From contig JBLDXI010000029.1 of the NCBI GenBank assembly GCA_047495785.1, forward strand, positions 1,550,001-1,614,000: 64,000 nt of DNA, in the 5' to 3' direction. The stretch comes from Lepidodermella squamata (Eukaryota > Animalia > Gastrotricha). Numbering within the stretch: position 1 is the stretch's first letter; every line of letters starts with the position of its first letter. The notes beneath the pieces are model-generated. The model was not told the DNA's origin and made no database searches. It saw nothing but the letters and a program-made list of their open reading frames with translations. The translations under genes and the position numbers were made by a program. Below are positions 38,601-50,581 of the stretch, one piece after another.

Positions 38601-39583
38601 ATGACTTTAACTGGTTTCGCATCGGAATTGGTCGATCGACAAGCTGCAGCTATATGTCCATGCTTGCCACATGAGTTACAATCGTAGTCACGGTAGTGGC
38701 AGTTTTTCCGTGGATGACCCGACTTGCCACAAGATTGACAAGACAATTGATTGGGCTGGTTAGTCGGTGGCTGCGACGACTGTTGGTTCGACTTGTGAAA
38801 ATTCTTTCGTTGAAATTTCGTATTATTGCCGAACTTCTTCGGTTTTGTCGATATTTGATAGACGGGTTGCGGCGGTGGTGCGACTGTTTCTTTTGCTACT
38901 TTGGCAGCTTCCTCAGTTTCGATAGCCACCTCGATTACTTTGGAGAAGGTAAGTTCGTCGTCTTTGATTTTGAAGATGGCACGAAGTACATTTTCGTTTT
39001 TAATTGAGCCGATAAATCGAGACTTCAACGCTTCGTCGAGGGGATCTTTTATGGATTTAAAATCACAGGTAGCAGCGTCGGCTCTGATTCGACTGACTAA
39101 CTGCTGGATTGACTCCTTCGTTTTCCGACCCATGTTGCTCCAGAACTTGTGACGTTCACGCACTACGAACTTTTTCGGATCGTATTAAGTGGCCATGAAC
39201 GTGCAGATCTCTTCGTATTTGAGAGCGTTTAGTTCTTTGTCATGTTCTTGCTTGGCGTGAAGTTGTAGCTCTTTGTACAAGACGTCCGTTTGACAAGCCA
39301 AGAAGTAAGCGGCCTTGGTGTTGGTTTTACCGTGGGCACGTGCGTATGTATCAAACCGTCCTTTGTAGTCTTCCCACAGTTCGGCCTGTGGGTTGAAACC
39401 TGGGAACTCACGAGTCGCCTTTGATTCATTGTCGGCAATTAGTTTTTGAATTGCTTCGCTGTGTTCCTTGAGCGCCGTTTGACTCGAGACACTTAACGAG
39501 ACTAGTTGTTGCAGTAATTGAGCCAATGTAGGTTCGCCTGCGGTGATAGCCGGTGTCGCAGCTGTTGATGCTGGATCAGACAT
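35667..39583 (-). pseudogene. gag-pol: gag-pol polyprotein, main part; in-frame TAA at 39185-39187 and RT motif FLDN
   Basis: ORFs 39185-39583 and 35600-39163 are in one frame, separated by a single TAA. Two CCHC knuckles, VDCGS protease, RLPFGIKSAPGYFQ, NYSQIEKEALA, TDHKPL, GHPGI-like SHFGI zinc finger, VSDN and SNG-like TNGLAERFV integrase motifs. Confidence 0.93.
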
Positions 39584-39609
39584 TTAGTGCTTTTTCTGCG
39601 TCGCCAATT

Positions 39610-39843
39610 TGTTGTATTCAAAGGCAGTCGGTTTTCAATCCAGAATTTTATTCGCAATAAAGATCCCCTATCAGTACACATTAATTGCTTGAAATCATCA
39701 ATTCACAACAAATAATATCGACAGAAATAAAATCATGAAATGACGACGACGATGACGATGGCTACTGCTGCCACGTGGTGAGTGCGAGTAGCGACCACGT
39801 GGTTGTCTAAATGACCTAGTTGACGACATTGCACTCCACAACA
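39610..39843 (-). repeat. 5' LTR
   Basis: Direct repeat of 32034-32267; carries AATAAA on the minus strand. Confidence 0.96.
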
Positions 39844-39862
39844 CGGTCATACCGAGCTTTCT

Positions 39863-42156
39863 CTATTTTCCAATCGAAACATTTGAGGAGTATTTGGATT
39901 CGATATTCAATTGTTTGACCGTGTTGACTGACTGGTCCGTTCGAAGAATAAACAATATAACACTGGTCATAATGGAGGTGACTGCCATGATCATAGCAAT
40001 ACTAAGATCAAGGACCATCGTTGTCGATAAAGCGTAACCAATCACAATCGAAGATGCAATAATCGTTATGTTAGCAATAATCGCAATCCTAACTCGTTTC
40101 ACTTCGGGATTTGTGACATGTGATTTCAGCTTCACCACAAAGATTCCTCCAACAAGCAGCAAACACGCGAGAATTCCTAGAAAAATAGCCAAAAATATCG
40201 ATTCGTTACTCGAGGTACATGCCAATTTGAAATACGTGACGTAGGTATCTTCCACCTCTTCGTAAAATATCTGATCTTCCTTGCCGATTCGTAAGCCATA
40301 CGGCTCTGAGATCATCCATGTGACGTAGATAAGAATAATCAAAACTGAGAATCCCACGGTTCGAAATAAGAAAGGACGCTCTGAAAATGTTCGTTGCCTG
40401 CCCCATGTCCAAAGCTCTTGATGACGAAACATTTTCTCAATCCATAAGCGGCGTTTACTAAACCACTACATAGCAATATAACTCCTGAGATGGCTAAAAA
40501 TAGCCTAGCTTGGCATAACATTGTAGATCTCATCCGCGATGGGGTAACGAAAAGCACGGCAGGTAGATCGAGAAGCATGAACGAGATGCAAAATACTGGA
40601 ATTCGGAAGGTATTGATTTCACCTTTCGATATTATTAGTTTCCCAATAGCTACGATTAACAAAACGCAGAAATGGATTCCTGATATGGCTGCTGTCGCAA
40701 TGAATCCTGAATCTGGTATTCCTCTAACAACAGATTTCGAGTAAGCTGAGTCTTTCGGCACAAAATTAGGTGTGAAAGGTTTGACTTGATCGATTGAAAA
40801 TGATTCCGGGCTAAATATGTTCGTTGAATTTTTACGTAGTGTGACGGCGTACCTTGCAACCAAACCTTTCCCAATCTGATACGTGGTAAGCAGCTGAGGC
40901 TCCGAGTCGACTTCTAGTCGCTCGGAATAGCGGAATGGGCCAGATCGCATGTTATCGTACGTCAACTTCGCAGCACTCATGTTCGCGACCTTCATAACTT
41001 CTTGTTGGTTGCGTTTGTAGTCTGATAGGCTCATGTTACGGTTTTGCAGTGCTTTTTCAGCCTGTGCGAGAGTTATGACTCCTGCAAGGGCAGAGTCGTA
41101 GCAGAGATGTCGGAATATGTCATCAGGTTGCGAGCCACTGACCCTAGTAGCCCATAGACTTTCGAAATAATTGAAACTCATGCCTAATGAGTCACGACCG
41201 GACTTGGGTAGCAACACAGGCTCGACATTTCCCGAAAAAACTACTCTAGCCATTTGTTCAGCGAATGTCTCTCGGGAACAACCAGGGGGATATGCAGTAA
41301 TGGGCATAGCAAATGGATCGACAAATACTAAGCTGTTCGAGAAAACTAGGTACCTCCCGCCTATCATGCCATGCTTCTTCATCTGGCACAAAAAACCAGC
41401 TAGCAGTCTCCAATCACCAACTTCCACAGAAAATATGCGGATATCAGACTTCTTTAGAGACACCATTAATTCGTCTGAGTAAGTTGTAACAGCTTCGAAC
41501 CTCGCAACATCGAAGCCTACTTTAACCAAAGCGTCATGGAAGAAAATAGCGGTCTCGGTATTGTACGAATTGCCATTGAGCACAGTGAGAATCGCTAGTT
41601 TCCTGACAGATGAGTAATGTTTGAGGAAATGGACTCTGGCTAGCAGACTCAGTTCTGCCGTTGCCCTAATTCTGAACATATTAGGGTAAATATCCCGTCT
41701 GGAAGTTTGAGACGGAGCGGCGCAAGACGTGGCTATCATGACCATGTTCAGGTGTGATGTGATCGATCCGAGTGATTTGCATCCAGGCGACAGGATCGAT
41801 CCGAGTGATTTGCATCCAGGCGACAGGATCGGCCCGAGAAGAACCGGGGAAGGAAGTGTCAAAGAATACGGGTCATCGAGGTACTTCCACATGAATTTAA
41901 CGCCCTCGTATGCTGCAACCGCTGTGTTCGCTACTTCGTCTTGAAATTCAAGTTCGATCCTGTAGCCAGGCAAGATGTCGCTCCTGTTATTTGCCATCTC
42001 AACTACCAATTCTTGGGCTAACTGGCATCGGCGAAAGGTTAGACCCTCTAATCCCGTGAATGGTATGATTGATAGCATTTTCAGAGCCTTTCGCTGTTCT
42101 GTATGGCCATATGAGACCGAGGGCAAAATCAGGAGAGTTCGAAATAGAGTATGCAT
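39863..42156 (-). CDS. GABA-B-like class C GPCR, group B copy 3 (close paralogue of 3238-5499); 1-bp frameshift near 40402 and a 33-bp internal duplication
   Basis: ORFs 40339-42156 and 39863-40432 align end to end with B copy 1. The frame break sits in a C4 run (40401-40404), so this is either a pseudogene or an assembly error. Confidence 0.85.
41761..41826. repeat. Perfect 33-bp tandem duplication, in frame (ILSPGCKSLGS x2)
   Basis: gatcgatccgagtgatttgcatccaggcgacag occurs twice; single in paralogue B1. Confidence 0.95.
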
Positions 42157-43752
42157 ATTTCATAAAAATAAAGTCAAAATAAAGTAGTTTGCCTGACAGC
42201 TTCTTCAATCTAAAGCGCTAGACTTAAGCACCCATCTGCAACATCGAGCCTCGTTAAACATTATATCAATTAAGTTTTGTCTAAGTTCATGGAATCATAA
42301 TGCTATGACGCAAAAGTAGAACGGAATTTCTAAGCGAGAGATATTCGCTAGCCATAAGATTGCTGGTACTGTGGGTGGTCTGGTTTCCGGCTAATTTGCA
42401 AGTAATGGCTCGCAGCGGCTCAACGCAAATGCAAAGAAGCCACGGGGCTCCAGAAAATAAGTGACTTTATGTCCAGACTTCAAGCTGTCTCAAGTAAGGC
42501 TAATTATGGGCCGTAGATGCCGTAGGGGCGTGTCAAATTCCGAGGGATTTCAAATAACATACACCAGTTCTTCATTTTTTTCATTCAAGATTCAACTGGC
42601 ATTTCAAATTAAACCGGGTAATATCAGATCGCCATTTTCTCACTTCACCAATATTTCCTAAATTTGTATTTCTGGAAGTCGCGATAATGAACAATAAAAT
42701 AGTTCTTAAATTGTTGATATCTGTAATGGCCGGGCTTAAATGCTACGGTGTTAAAAAGACATCAGAATCAACTGCCCTCACTTGATGAGATATTCTCGTT
42801 TCGTTTCACTTCATAAAATCAGCCACCTACGAGCGAAGCGAGCTTTAGCTTTTCAATTTTAGGTCTGAAAATAAAGGTCCCAAAATGCCTGGCTTCTTAG
42901 TCCGGATCTGATATTGCCATCTGATGCCCTACAAGAAATTTGAAATTTCTCATAGGTACCTAGTACACGAGTGTCCTATAGGACACTGTTTGGGAAACGC
43001 TGCCGTAATATACCCGAAATCTAGTAGTGGCAGATGATAAAACCCATAACAGGACGTGGTCTAACTAGAAAAGCTGCTTCCAAACTTTCAAGAAATTGTT
43101 ACTCCACGACGTAGCAAGTCGAAAATGAATACATAGATCACTTCGTTCTTCGTTCTCTATGCAAGCCTGATTTCCGACTGGTGTTGATGGTTTTACAGGG
43201 GCCAGGAAAATTACATCCTATTGACTAGCTATCTTTATTCACGCTTATTAAAAATCGTATTTATATTTATGATACGCAAAAAATATGCGTTTCCATTGGA
43301 AAGTAAGCTTGAGCCAGGGGAAACCGCATACCTGATGTTTAGAGTTCCAAGTTCCAAGATCCCAAGCCATACTTCAGCAAATAACAGACAATGTATAATT
43401 CTCATCAATAAGTACATATCATTCTGATTTCGGTTTTATATCCTCTTGATTTGAATTTTATAAACGCGAAAAATTGCTATTTCACAAGCTGATCTGCGTC
43501 CCATTCAATGCTACCAAGGAAGTCCATCGTAAACAAAATTATCGGCCTTTTCACTGGCCCTAACTGACCCTAGATCATACCTTTCTGCATCACATAAAAT
43601 TATTTTGCAACATTGCTTTTATTGCTTGTTTGGAATTCTCAAAATGCTTGCCATGAATCAATAAGAATCATACACAATAATTTATCATCAAACAAGTCCT
43701 TGAAAAGTTCTCTTCAATGCTCATGTTGCTGTATTCGCGTTCTGGCACTCGC

Positions 43753-45014
43753 TTAGGCAGTCTTGACGGTGACGGGGCGGACGTTGTTGACGAGCTCGGT
43801 GTGGTAGGCGGGCAGGCGGGCGTTGAAGGCACCGGTCATCGGCAGGCCGTAGAAGGGCATGTGCGACATGGCCGGGCACTGGTTGATGATCTCCTCGGTG
43901 GTCATCTTCGGCAGCTGGCACTCGACGACCAGGTAGCCCTCGGCGGTCTGGTACGACTTGAGCTCAACCTTGGTCAGGTCGATCTTGGCAAGAGTCTGTA
44001 AAAGAAAACGAAAATGTTATAGCTCGAATAAAAGCGTTCATCGAAACTACGTACCTCGGGGAGGACGAACTTGCGCGAGTACTTGCGGCTGATCTGGTGC
44101 TCCTTGCCGTCCTTGATCTCGTGGGCGGCCTCAATGACGACAGCACGCTCGGCCTTGTTCAGAGTGACGGTGATCTCCTCCGGCTTGTAGCTCTTCAGGG
44201 CGAAGACGAGGCACAGCTGGCGGTTGCCCTCGGTGTCGATGACGCGGATCGGGTTCGACAGGGTGTACAGCTCGACCTCGGAAGACGGGCGGAAGGCGAT
44301 GTTGTACAGCTTGTCGTGGTGGACGGGAGCGTTGAACCAGGTGTTGGCACCGAAGGTCTCGGGGCGACCCCAGGTCATCCACGAGGCCGGGTTGACGCCG
44401 GTCCACTGGCGGGCGAAGATCTGAGCGGTGATGCGCTGGCAGATGTCGGCGAACAGCTCCTGGCCGATGCGGGCGGCCTGCTCGGTCTCGACCGGGCCGC
44501 AGGAGAGGCGCTGGGCGACGGTGGCGCCGAGGCGGGCACCCTGTTCGGCAGCGCGGATGACGCAGCGGCGGCTGGTGATCTCAGCGTCGACCGGGGCGAG
44601 GGCGAGCTCGACGGCGATCTGGGCGCAGATCTCAGCACCCCATTGGGCGGCGATCGGCTGGACCAACTGCGGCTGGGCGATCGGGACCATGCGGGCGGCG
44701 ATGATCTGGGCCAGCTGGATGCCAGTCTCGGCTCCGTAGGCGCGGGCAATCTCGACCGGGCGCTCGATCGGGCTCGAGTACGGGGTCGGGACGCGGGCGA
44801 ACGGGGTCGGCATAACCGGGGCGTTGATCATCGACGGAGTCGGGGCGACGATCGGCTGCGAGAAGGGGTTGTTGATGAGGCTGCGCTCGTTGCTCAGGGT
44901 CGAGTAGATGTCGACCTTGTTGCGGAGCAGGCTCTCGACGTTGACCGGGCTGGCGTAGCCGGCGACCGGGGCGACGGTCGGGTAGGTCGGTTGGAAGGTG
45001 TAGGTGGCGGCCAT
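43753..45014 (-). CDS. Small heat-shock protein (alpha-crystallin/HSP20 domain) with a long N-terminal extension, 2 exons
   Basis: ATG 45014, intron 44054-43996, TAA 43753-43755. LKSYKPEEITV...VIEAAHE...ISRKYSRKFVLPE...LKSYQTAEGYLVVE matches the alpha-crystallin domain pattern. C-terminal VTV (IXI/V-like) motif. Confidence 0.9.
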
Positions 45015-45499
45015 TTTAGTCGGAAGATTGAAAACACACGAAAGCGAAAGAAAAGAAAGCGAATAAGCTTGAAATGAAAATTTCAAATGAGCTAGTGATG
45101 AATGAATCGTAGCAAATCGTGCGTCTTAAATACGCTATTAGCTAAGATAGCGCGTGCTTCCAGCTGGACGGAACAATAGGCGCAGCAGCGCCGCAGCCAA
45201 GAAAACGTGTGCTTGTCCGCGTGAGTGTAGACGTGATTTTTCAATCTTTAATGTTAACGCAATTCTCAGAATTTTTTCATTCATTTTTTCATTATATTTA
45301 TTTCTGCCAGTCTCACACAGACAATTTGAATTTTACACTGAGCAATGGAATCAGATATTTTAAACCGTTCAGCCCTTATTCAACATATGCTCGATTTGTT
45401 CAAAAGCCAAGAAGCACGTTAATGAATAAAAGGATATTAAAACTCAAATGTGCTGGAACCTCCCTATCCTCGATTGTGGGCGTGACGGTACTATTGCCC

Positions 45500-45670
45500 G
45501 ATTTCCGTTATAACGGATTCGATGTAATAAGCTATGGGATGCCGAAGTGGCGAGCAAGAATGCAGTTAAAATGATGTCATATTGGAAACTTGGTGCCGTA
45601 AGGTAACCAATTGCGACCGCCGCACAGAACAGTGGTGCTGTAATTCCCATTGAAAAATGGTTAGTGCGTG
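45500..45670 (-). pseudogene. Possible TM6-TM7 remnant of a further receptor copy
   Basis: GITAPLFCAAVAIGYLTAPSFQYDIILTAFLLATS resembles NITIIASAILIGYASTTTMVLDLSLAVIMLVTS of group B. No upstream exons seen. Confidence 0.4.
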
Positions 45671-45993
45671 CAGTTAATGTCGCTTGTCACAGCTATAGCC
45701 TTTCATTAGTAGGCATTTGAATATAAGAATATAAGGAATGTTTTAACCTCAAATTATAACCTGTCTCCTTTGACATTTTACGTGATTGCTGGACTAAACA
45801 ACGCATGTTTTGCCCTCAGAAAGCAGGACAAGGAAAGCAAGAAACAAAACATCACTGGCTGCTGCATTGCAATCACTGAAGTTGTTGATTAGCTGTATTG
45901 ACTATTGACGCTAAATCCCAGCAGTCTTCACCGTCATAACCTGCATTCGATACCTAACTTTCTCAAAAAAAATTTAGCCTCAAAAAGGTCATC

Positions 45994-47790
45994 ATGTTCC
46001 TTTCAGCTTGCAACCAGATTCAAGGGATTGGAAAACCGTATCGTATGAAAATTCTGTCGATGATGCCATACTCAGCAGCTCGGCCATACCCATACCAACC
46101 ATGCGAAGCGGCGGGTCAAATAGCACTGGAAATTGTCAACAACCGCAGCAACATACTAAGGGATTACTATCTCGAATTTGAGTACACTGATGAAGGTCTA
46201 GCCTCAGCTCAAGCTCATGAAAAATCCATTCGCTTCTACAATGAACGCATGGAAAATCCGAAACCAAAACATTATATTTCTCCTATTGTTCTGGGCGGAA
46301 CTTTCAACCCTGGCTGCATAGCTCGGGGACCAGCTGCCCACTTCATGAACATGGTGTTGATAGCGTTCAGCTGCGTTGGCCCTGAGCAAACAGCAAACAG
46401 CTAACCGTAATTTTTATATCCAAACTTGTACCGATCAAGGGCGAGCTACGACCTTTCCCTATACACTCGGCTTCTGTTTTTGAAACGGGCTACAAATTGG
46501 CGAAAGCTTGGAATTCTCATCTATATCGACCAGAATCGGTTATCAGAGTGGGGTAATGTTCTACGAATTGCTTACGAGAAATAGGTTTGAAGTCGCTAAA
46601 TTTGAGGCCAGTAATAACTTTGACGACGAATTTATTGAGAATGTCAAAAGATCTGACATCGTATATTTTCCTTCGAAAGCGGTGAATTCTTCTACTTAAT
46701 TCACTTCCTTTGCCAAGCATACAAAGCCCGGTTATCCAACTTCACGGATCTTGCTTCATACATGATAAGAGATATTACACCCTTTGAACCGGTTGCTCTT
46801 CCTCGTGATAGAGCTTTGAAAATTCTCATCGAAGGAAGTGTTTCGTTGCCGACGTTTGCCAAGCTTTGTTCAATTACCCTCCTCACCTACCTGATACAAT
46901 GCTTTTCCATAAGGTCAAGAAAAATGTGGGATCTGATGTTTCTGCCCTCAACACCGTTAAGGATTCCTTAAATTCTCGCAAGCTTTACTGCGATCTCTGT
47001 AGGATCAATTGCTGTGATAACGACCTCGAGCTCGAAAACCCAACATATATGTGACGCTACCCTTGTTTCAATAGTCATCGGAATTTCGCTTTTGTACGGC
47101 GCTCTAGGGTTCCGACTTGAAGGTTGTAGTAGGTTTTGTTCAGCGTAATGTTGTCTGTATTCCAAAGCCTGGTACTGCTATGCAATATCCGCGAATCGTC
47201 CTCGAAGAGACTAGGATACTTCTCGCATCTACGTTGACCACTGCATTGAACTTAGCTATCGCTATTGCATGCATGTTGGATTGCCATAGATCCCACGAAG
47301 CCTATGGCTATAAATACTGATACTTCGAGGGCATACTACGAAGACATCGATACATATGTCAGCGAGTACTACGTCTACTGTACATACATCCAACTGGCCA
47401 TTGCGTTGGTTAGTAGGCCTAATCACTGTTAATTCGTTTGTCTTATTTTACGGAGTTCTGCTCGTCATCCGACTGCGAGGTGATGCCCTTCTAATTTTCT
47501 ACCCTGAAGTCAAGCGGTTGATAATCGCCATCATTTCAGTTACGCTGTTCATTGCAACTATTTTGTTGGCGCTGATAGCCGACACAAAATAGTTGCAATG
47601 AACAGCGTAACTGAAATGATGTCGATTATCAACCGCTTGACTTCAGGGTAGAAAATTAGAAGGGCATCACCTCGCAGTCGGATGACGAGCAGAACTCCGT
47701 AAAGTTCGCAGCTATGCGATTCTCAGACGCGAGGATCTCGAATAAGGCGCTAGCCATACGAGGGGCCAAAGTATAGCTTTAGATAGCAAA
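45994..47790 (+). pseudogene. Group D receptor pseudogene
   Basis: Homologous to 48188-50581 (YQPCEAAGQ, VLGGTFNPGC, RGDALLIFYPEVKRL) with a stop at 46402, several frameshifts, an internal deletion and an inverted duplication. Confidence 0.88.
47447..47703. repeat. Near-perfect inverted repeat, 120-bp arms, 17-nt spacer
   Basis: 47447-47566 is the reverse complement of 47584-47703, with one mismatch seen. Confidence 0.95.
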
Positions 47791-48187
47791 CTGCGAATTG
47801 CAGAAGCCAAGCTGTAATTGAATATGAGACGTATAGAAAGGGCCCTTGTTAAAACTGAATAAGAATTTGACAGAAGGGAATTGCGATAGTAAATTTATTA
47901 GAGCGTAGTCACTCCAGGACCAGAGCGTAGGGATGAAAAATGTGCGTTTGTAACAATAATAATGGGCTACTGTAATGGCATGAATTATAATCGCAGTTGT
48001 AAACATGATATTGTCTGTCATTCTTGGCTGAAGCTGCATCACGTACAGCCATGTCTCTTGTGCATTTGATTGATTAATTAGCCTCCTCGCATCTCGCATG
48101 ATTATCACGATTCTATAGTATAGCTGCCAGACTATCATTATGTCTGGCATTCAGTTAGCTGTGAACTGTAACCCCATCCGTAATAAA

Positions 48188-50581
48188 ATGCTGAAGTTTT
48201 TATTACTCATAATCTTAAAATTCTCCATCCCGGGCGCAGAGTCTAGAAAACTATATAAGATGAAAATGTTGGCTCTCATGCCATACACTGAAGCAAGGCC
48301 TTATACTTATCAGCCATGCGAGGCTGCCGGACAGATGGTACTGGACATAGTCAACAATCGAAGTGATATTTTACCCGATTACCATCTGGAATTTGAATAC
48401 GTCGATGAAGGTCCAGCTTCGATGGAAATCGCCGCTAGAGCTATTAGATTTCTTGACATCTCAATAAACTCAAAGGATTTCCTCATATCTCCGCTAACAT
48501 TAGGAGGAACGTTCACACCTGGGTGTAAAGCTTGGGCATCCATGGCTCATGAAGTGAATATGGTAATGCTGTCTTTTGGCTGCGCCGGCATTGAACAAAC
48601 AGCAAAAAGGAAGCCATATCCTAACATGTATCGAACCAGAACTAGCCAAGATCTATCTATCTATGTAAGGTATCAATTCTTGTTGAGAGCAACAAATTGG
48701 CGGAGGATTGGCATTTTAGTTTTTGTCGACGTTAATCCTATTGGCCTTCAAAGTGGAACTATGTTACACGAGATTCTCAGCAAGAATGGGTTTGAAATAG
48801 CAAAATTTGACGTCAGTGCTGATTTTAACAGCGAATTTATTGAAAACGTTAAAAAATCAGACATACGTATTTTCGCATTCGAAACCGGTGATTTTTTCTA
48901 CCTAATTCGTTTCCTTTGCCTAACATATAAAGCTGGTTTAACCGGTTCGAAGTACAGATTCATCACCTTGCTTTCTTACTACGTTGATCCAAAGCTCTAC
49001 CCAGATGCAGCTTTCCCAGAGGGTTGTTCAAGGCAAGATTATATGGAGCAGATTAAGTTGGTCATTTTCATTGGAGGAACATTGACATCAACGGTATCAG
49101 GTCAATGGAAAGATCAAATCGGAATGGCATTGCCTGATTTTGAGACAAAGTTTGCCACGTTAACTAATTACAGTAAAACCCCCGCTTTCACGTTCCGCCA
49201 CGCCTGCTATGACATGGTACTGCAAGGGGTCATGATTCTTCATGAGGCTGAGAAGTTACTGGCGAGGCAAAATTTAAGTTTGAAACATTACCATGACGAC
49301 CCTTATCGAATCATGCTTGCGACAAACGAAAGTGCCAGGAACATCAACTTTCGCTCTCTTCGTATTGGCCAGTTTCGATATTCTCCAAGGCTTGAGGTTG
49401 ATTATGAGCCTCAGTTCGTTGCAACTTGGTCTCCTGATACTGGCATTGAAATGCGCTACATGTTCACCGCTAAGCAAAAGGAGGTTCTAAATTTTACTGA
49501 TGCTGACTCCTTCACTCTGCAAGAAATGCTACCTTTTGACCCGAAAATGTTGCCCAAAGATCGAGCTTATGAAGTGACGATGCAAGGCGGCGTTCCACTT
49601 TCTGCGTTTTCAGTGATAACTACAGCGTCATTGGTCGCTTTTTTCTCCCAAAGTACCTTCATGTGGCTTAAATATGTGAAGGCACAGGAACCAAAAGGGT
49701 TGCGTGATTTCATATTTTTCATGTCATTTTGCTTCTTGACAATCGCTTCTGTCACTGAAATAACCGTTTCAAGCTCGAAAAGCAAGCGCATTTGTGAGAC
49801 TGCCTTATTTTCTACAATTCTGGGCGTTACTCTGCTCTACGGCGAGGTGGTATTTCGATTACATGCTTCCTATAGTTATATCAAGCGAAACGTGATTTGG
49901 ATCTCAAAAACAGGCCAGCCAACGAAATTCCCCCAAGTTGCCCTGAATGAAACGAAAGTTTTCCTTGCTTCTGTTATTTTTACTGGATTGAATATTGCAT
50001 TATTGATAGCATGGGTTTTATCAGACCCAGTGCGAGCTGTAGCTACAGATCCGAGGACATTTCGCTCATACCACGAGGAAATCGATACCTACATTAGCCA
50101 ATATTATGTTTACTGCACGTCGAAATATGCGGAAAATTGGCTTGCGCCTCTCATCATCATTAATTCCATCCTCCTTCTTTACGGCGTATTTCTTGTCATT
50201 AAAATGCGAGGCGATGCGCTGATTATCTTCTACCCGGAAGTCAGGCGATTGATGATTATTATCGTTGTTTCAGTCACGCTCTTCATAGCAGTTGTCGCGC
50301 TGGCGTACATCGCAACGTCTGCTTTGATGAGGGAGTTGGTAATCTCACTTGGGCTAATTATTCAGTCAGTGATAACTTGGAGTTTGATATACGTTAAAAC
50401 ACCGAATTACAACGAGCCACTTGTTATTCCGCAGTTTGCGGCTTCGCGGTTATCTGACTCGAGGATTTCAACAGCGTTAGCGCTAGAAAGGCGCAAGAGT
50501 GCTGCTTTCGTCCGCAATAATCGAAGTTCAAGCATTTATCGTGCGCCGATTGCACCCAGCAGAAGTTCTTTGGCGTTCTAG
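48188..50581 (+). CDS. GABA-B-like class C GPCR, group D (intronless, intact)
   Basis: ORF 48140-50581, likely start MLKFLLLIIL at 48188. LDIVNNRSDILPDYHLEF, YPNMYRT, WRRIGIL, WVLSDP, seven TM segments. Confidence 0.9.
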   Translation: MLKFLLLIILKFSIPGAESRKLYKMKMLALMPYTEARPYTYQPCEAAGQMVLDIVNNRSDILPDYHLEFEYVDEGPASMEIAARAIRFLDISINSKDFLISPLTLGGTFTPGCKAWASMAHEVNMVMLSFGCAGIEQTAKRKPYPNMYRTRTSQDLSIYVRYQFLLRATNWRRIGILVFVDVNPIGLQSGTMLHEILSKNGFEIAKFDVSADFNSEFIENVKKSDIRIFAFETGDFFYLIRFLCLTYKAGLTGSKYRFITLLSYYVDPKLYPDAAFPEGCSRQDYMEQIKLVIFIGGTLTSTVSGQWKDQIGMALPDFETKFATLTNYSKTPAFTFRHACYDMVLQGVMILHEAEKLLARQNLSLKHYHDDPYRIMLATNESARNINFRSLRIGQFRYSPRLEVDYEPQFVATWSPDTGIEMRYMFTAKQKEVLNFTDADSFTLQEMLPFDPKMLPKDRAYEVTMQGGVPLSAFSVITTASLVAFFSQSTFMWLKYVKAQEPKGLRDFIFFMSFCFLTIASVTEITVSSSKSKRICETALFSTILGVTLLYGEVVFRLHASYSYIKRNVIWISKTGQPTKFPQVALNETKVFLASVIFTGLNIALLIAWVLSDPVRAVATDPRTFRSYHEEIDTYISQYYVYCTSKYAENWLAPLIIINSILLLYGVFLVIKMRGDALIIFYPEVRRLMIIIVVSVTLFIAVVALAYIATSALMRELVISLGLIIQSVITWSLIYVKTPNYNEPLVIPQFAASRLSDSRISTALALERRKSAAFVRNNRSSSIYRAPIAPSRSSLAF

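Larger units (their letters stand above)
32034..39843 (-). mobile_element. Full-length Ty3/Gypsy LTR retrotransposon (Mag-like), defective
   Basis: Two 234-bp LTRs (TG...CA), 5-bp TSD cggtc (32029-32033 and 39844-39848), TGGCGACG PBS-like sequence next to the 5' LTR, polypurine tract at 32268-32277, gag-PR-RT-RH-IN order. Confidence 0.96.

Noticed and set aside
39164-39187. Programmed gag-pol readthrough or frameshift
   Set aside because: The stop falls in the middle of gag, upstream of the zinc knuckles, so a nonsense mutation is more likely.
42990-43165. Isolated TIR-like ends (tttgggaaacgctg; cgttctctatg, the latter also near 59108)
   Set aside because: No partner TIR or TSD found, so no element can be delimited.
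44097-45077. 326-aa plus-strand ORF and other overlapping ORFs
   Set aside because: Antisense shadows of the GC3-rich sHSP gene; strong codon bias removes stops on the opposite strand.
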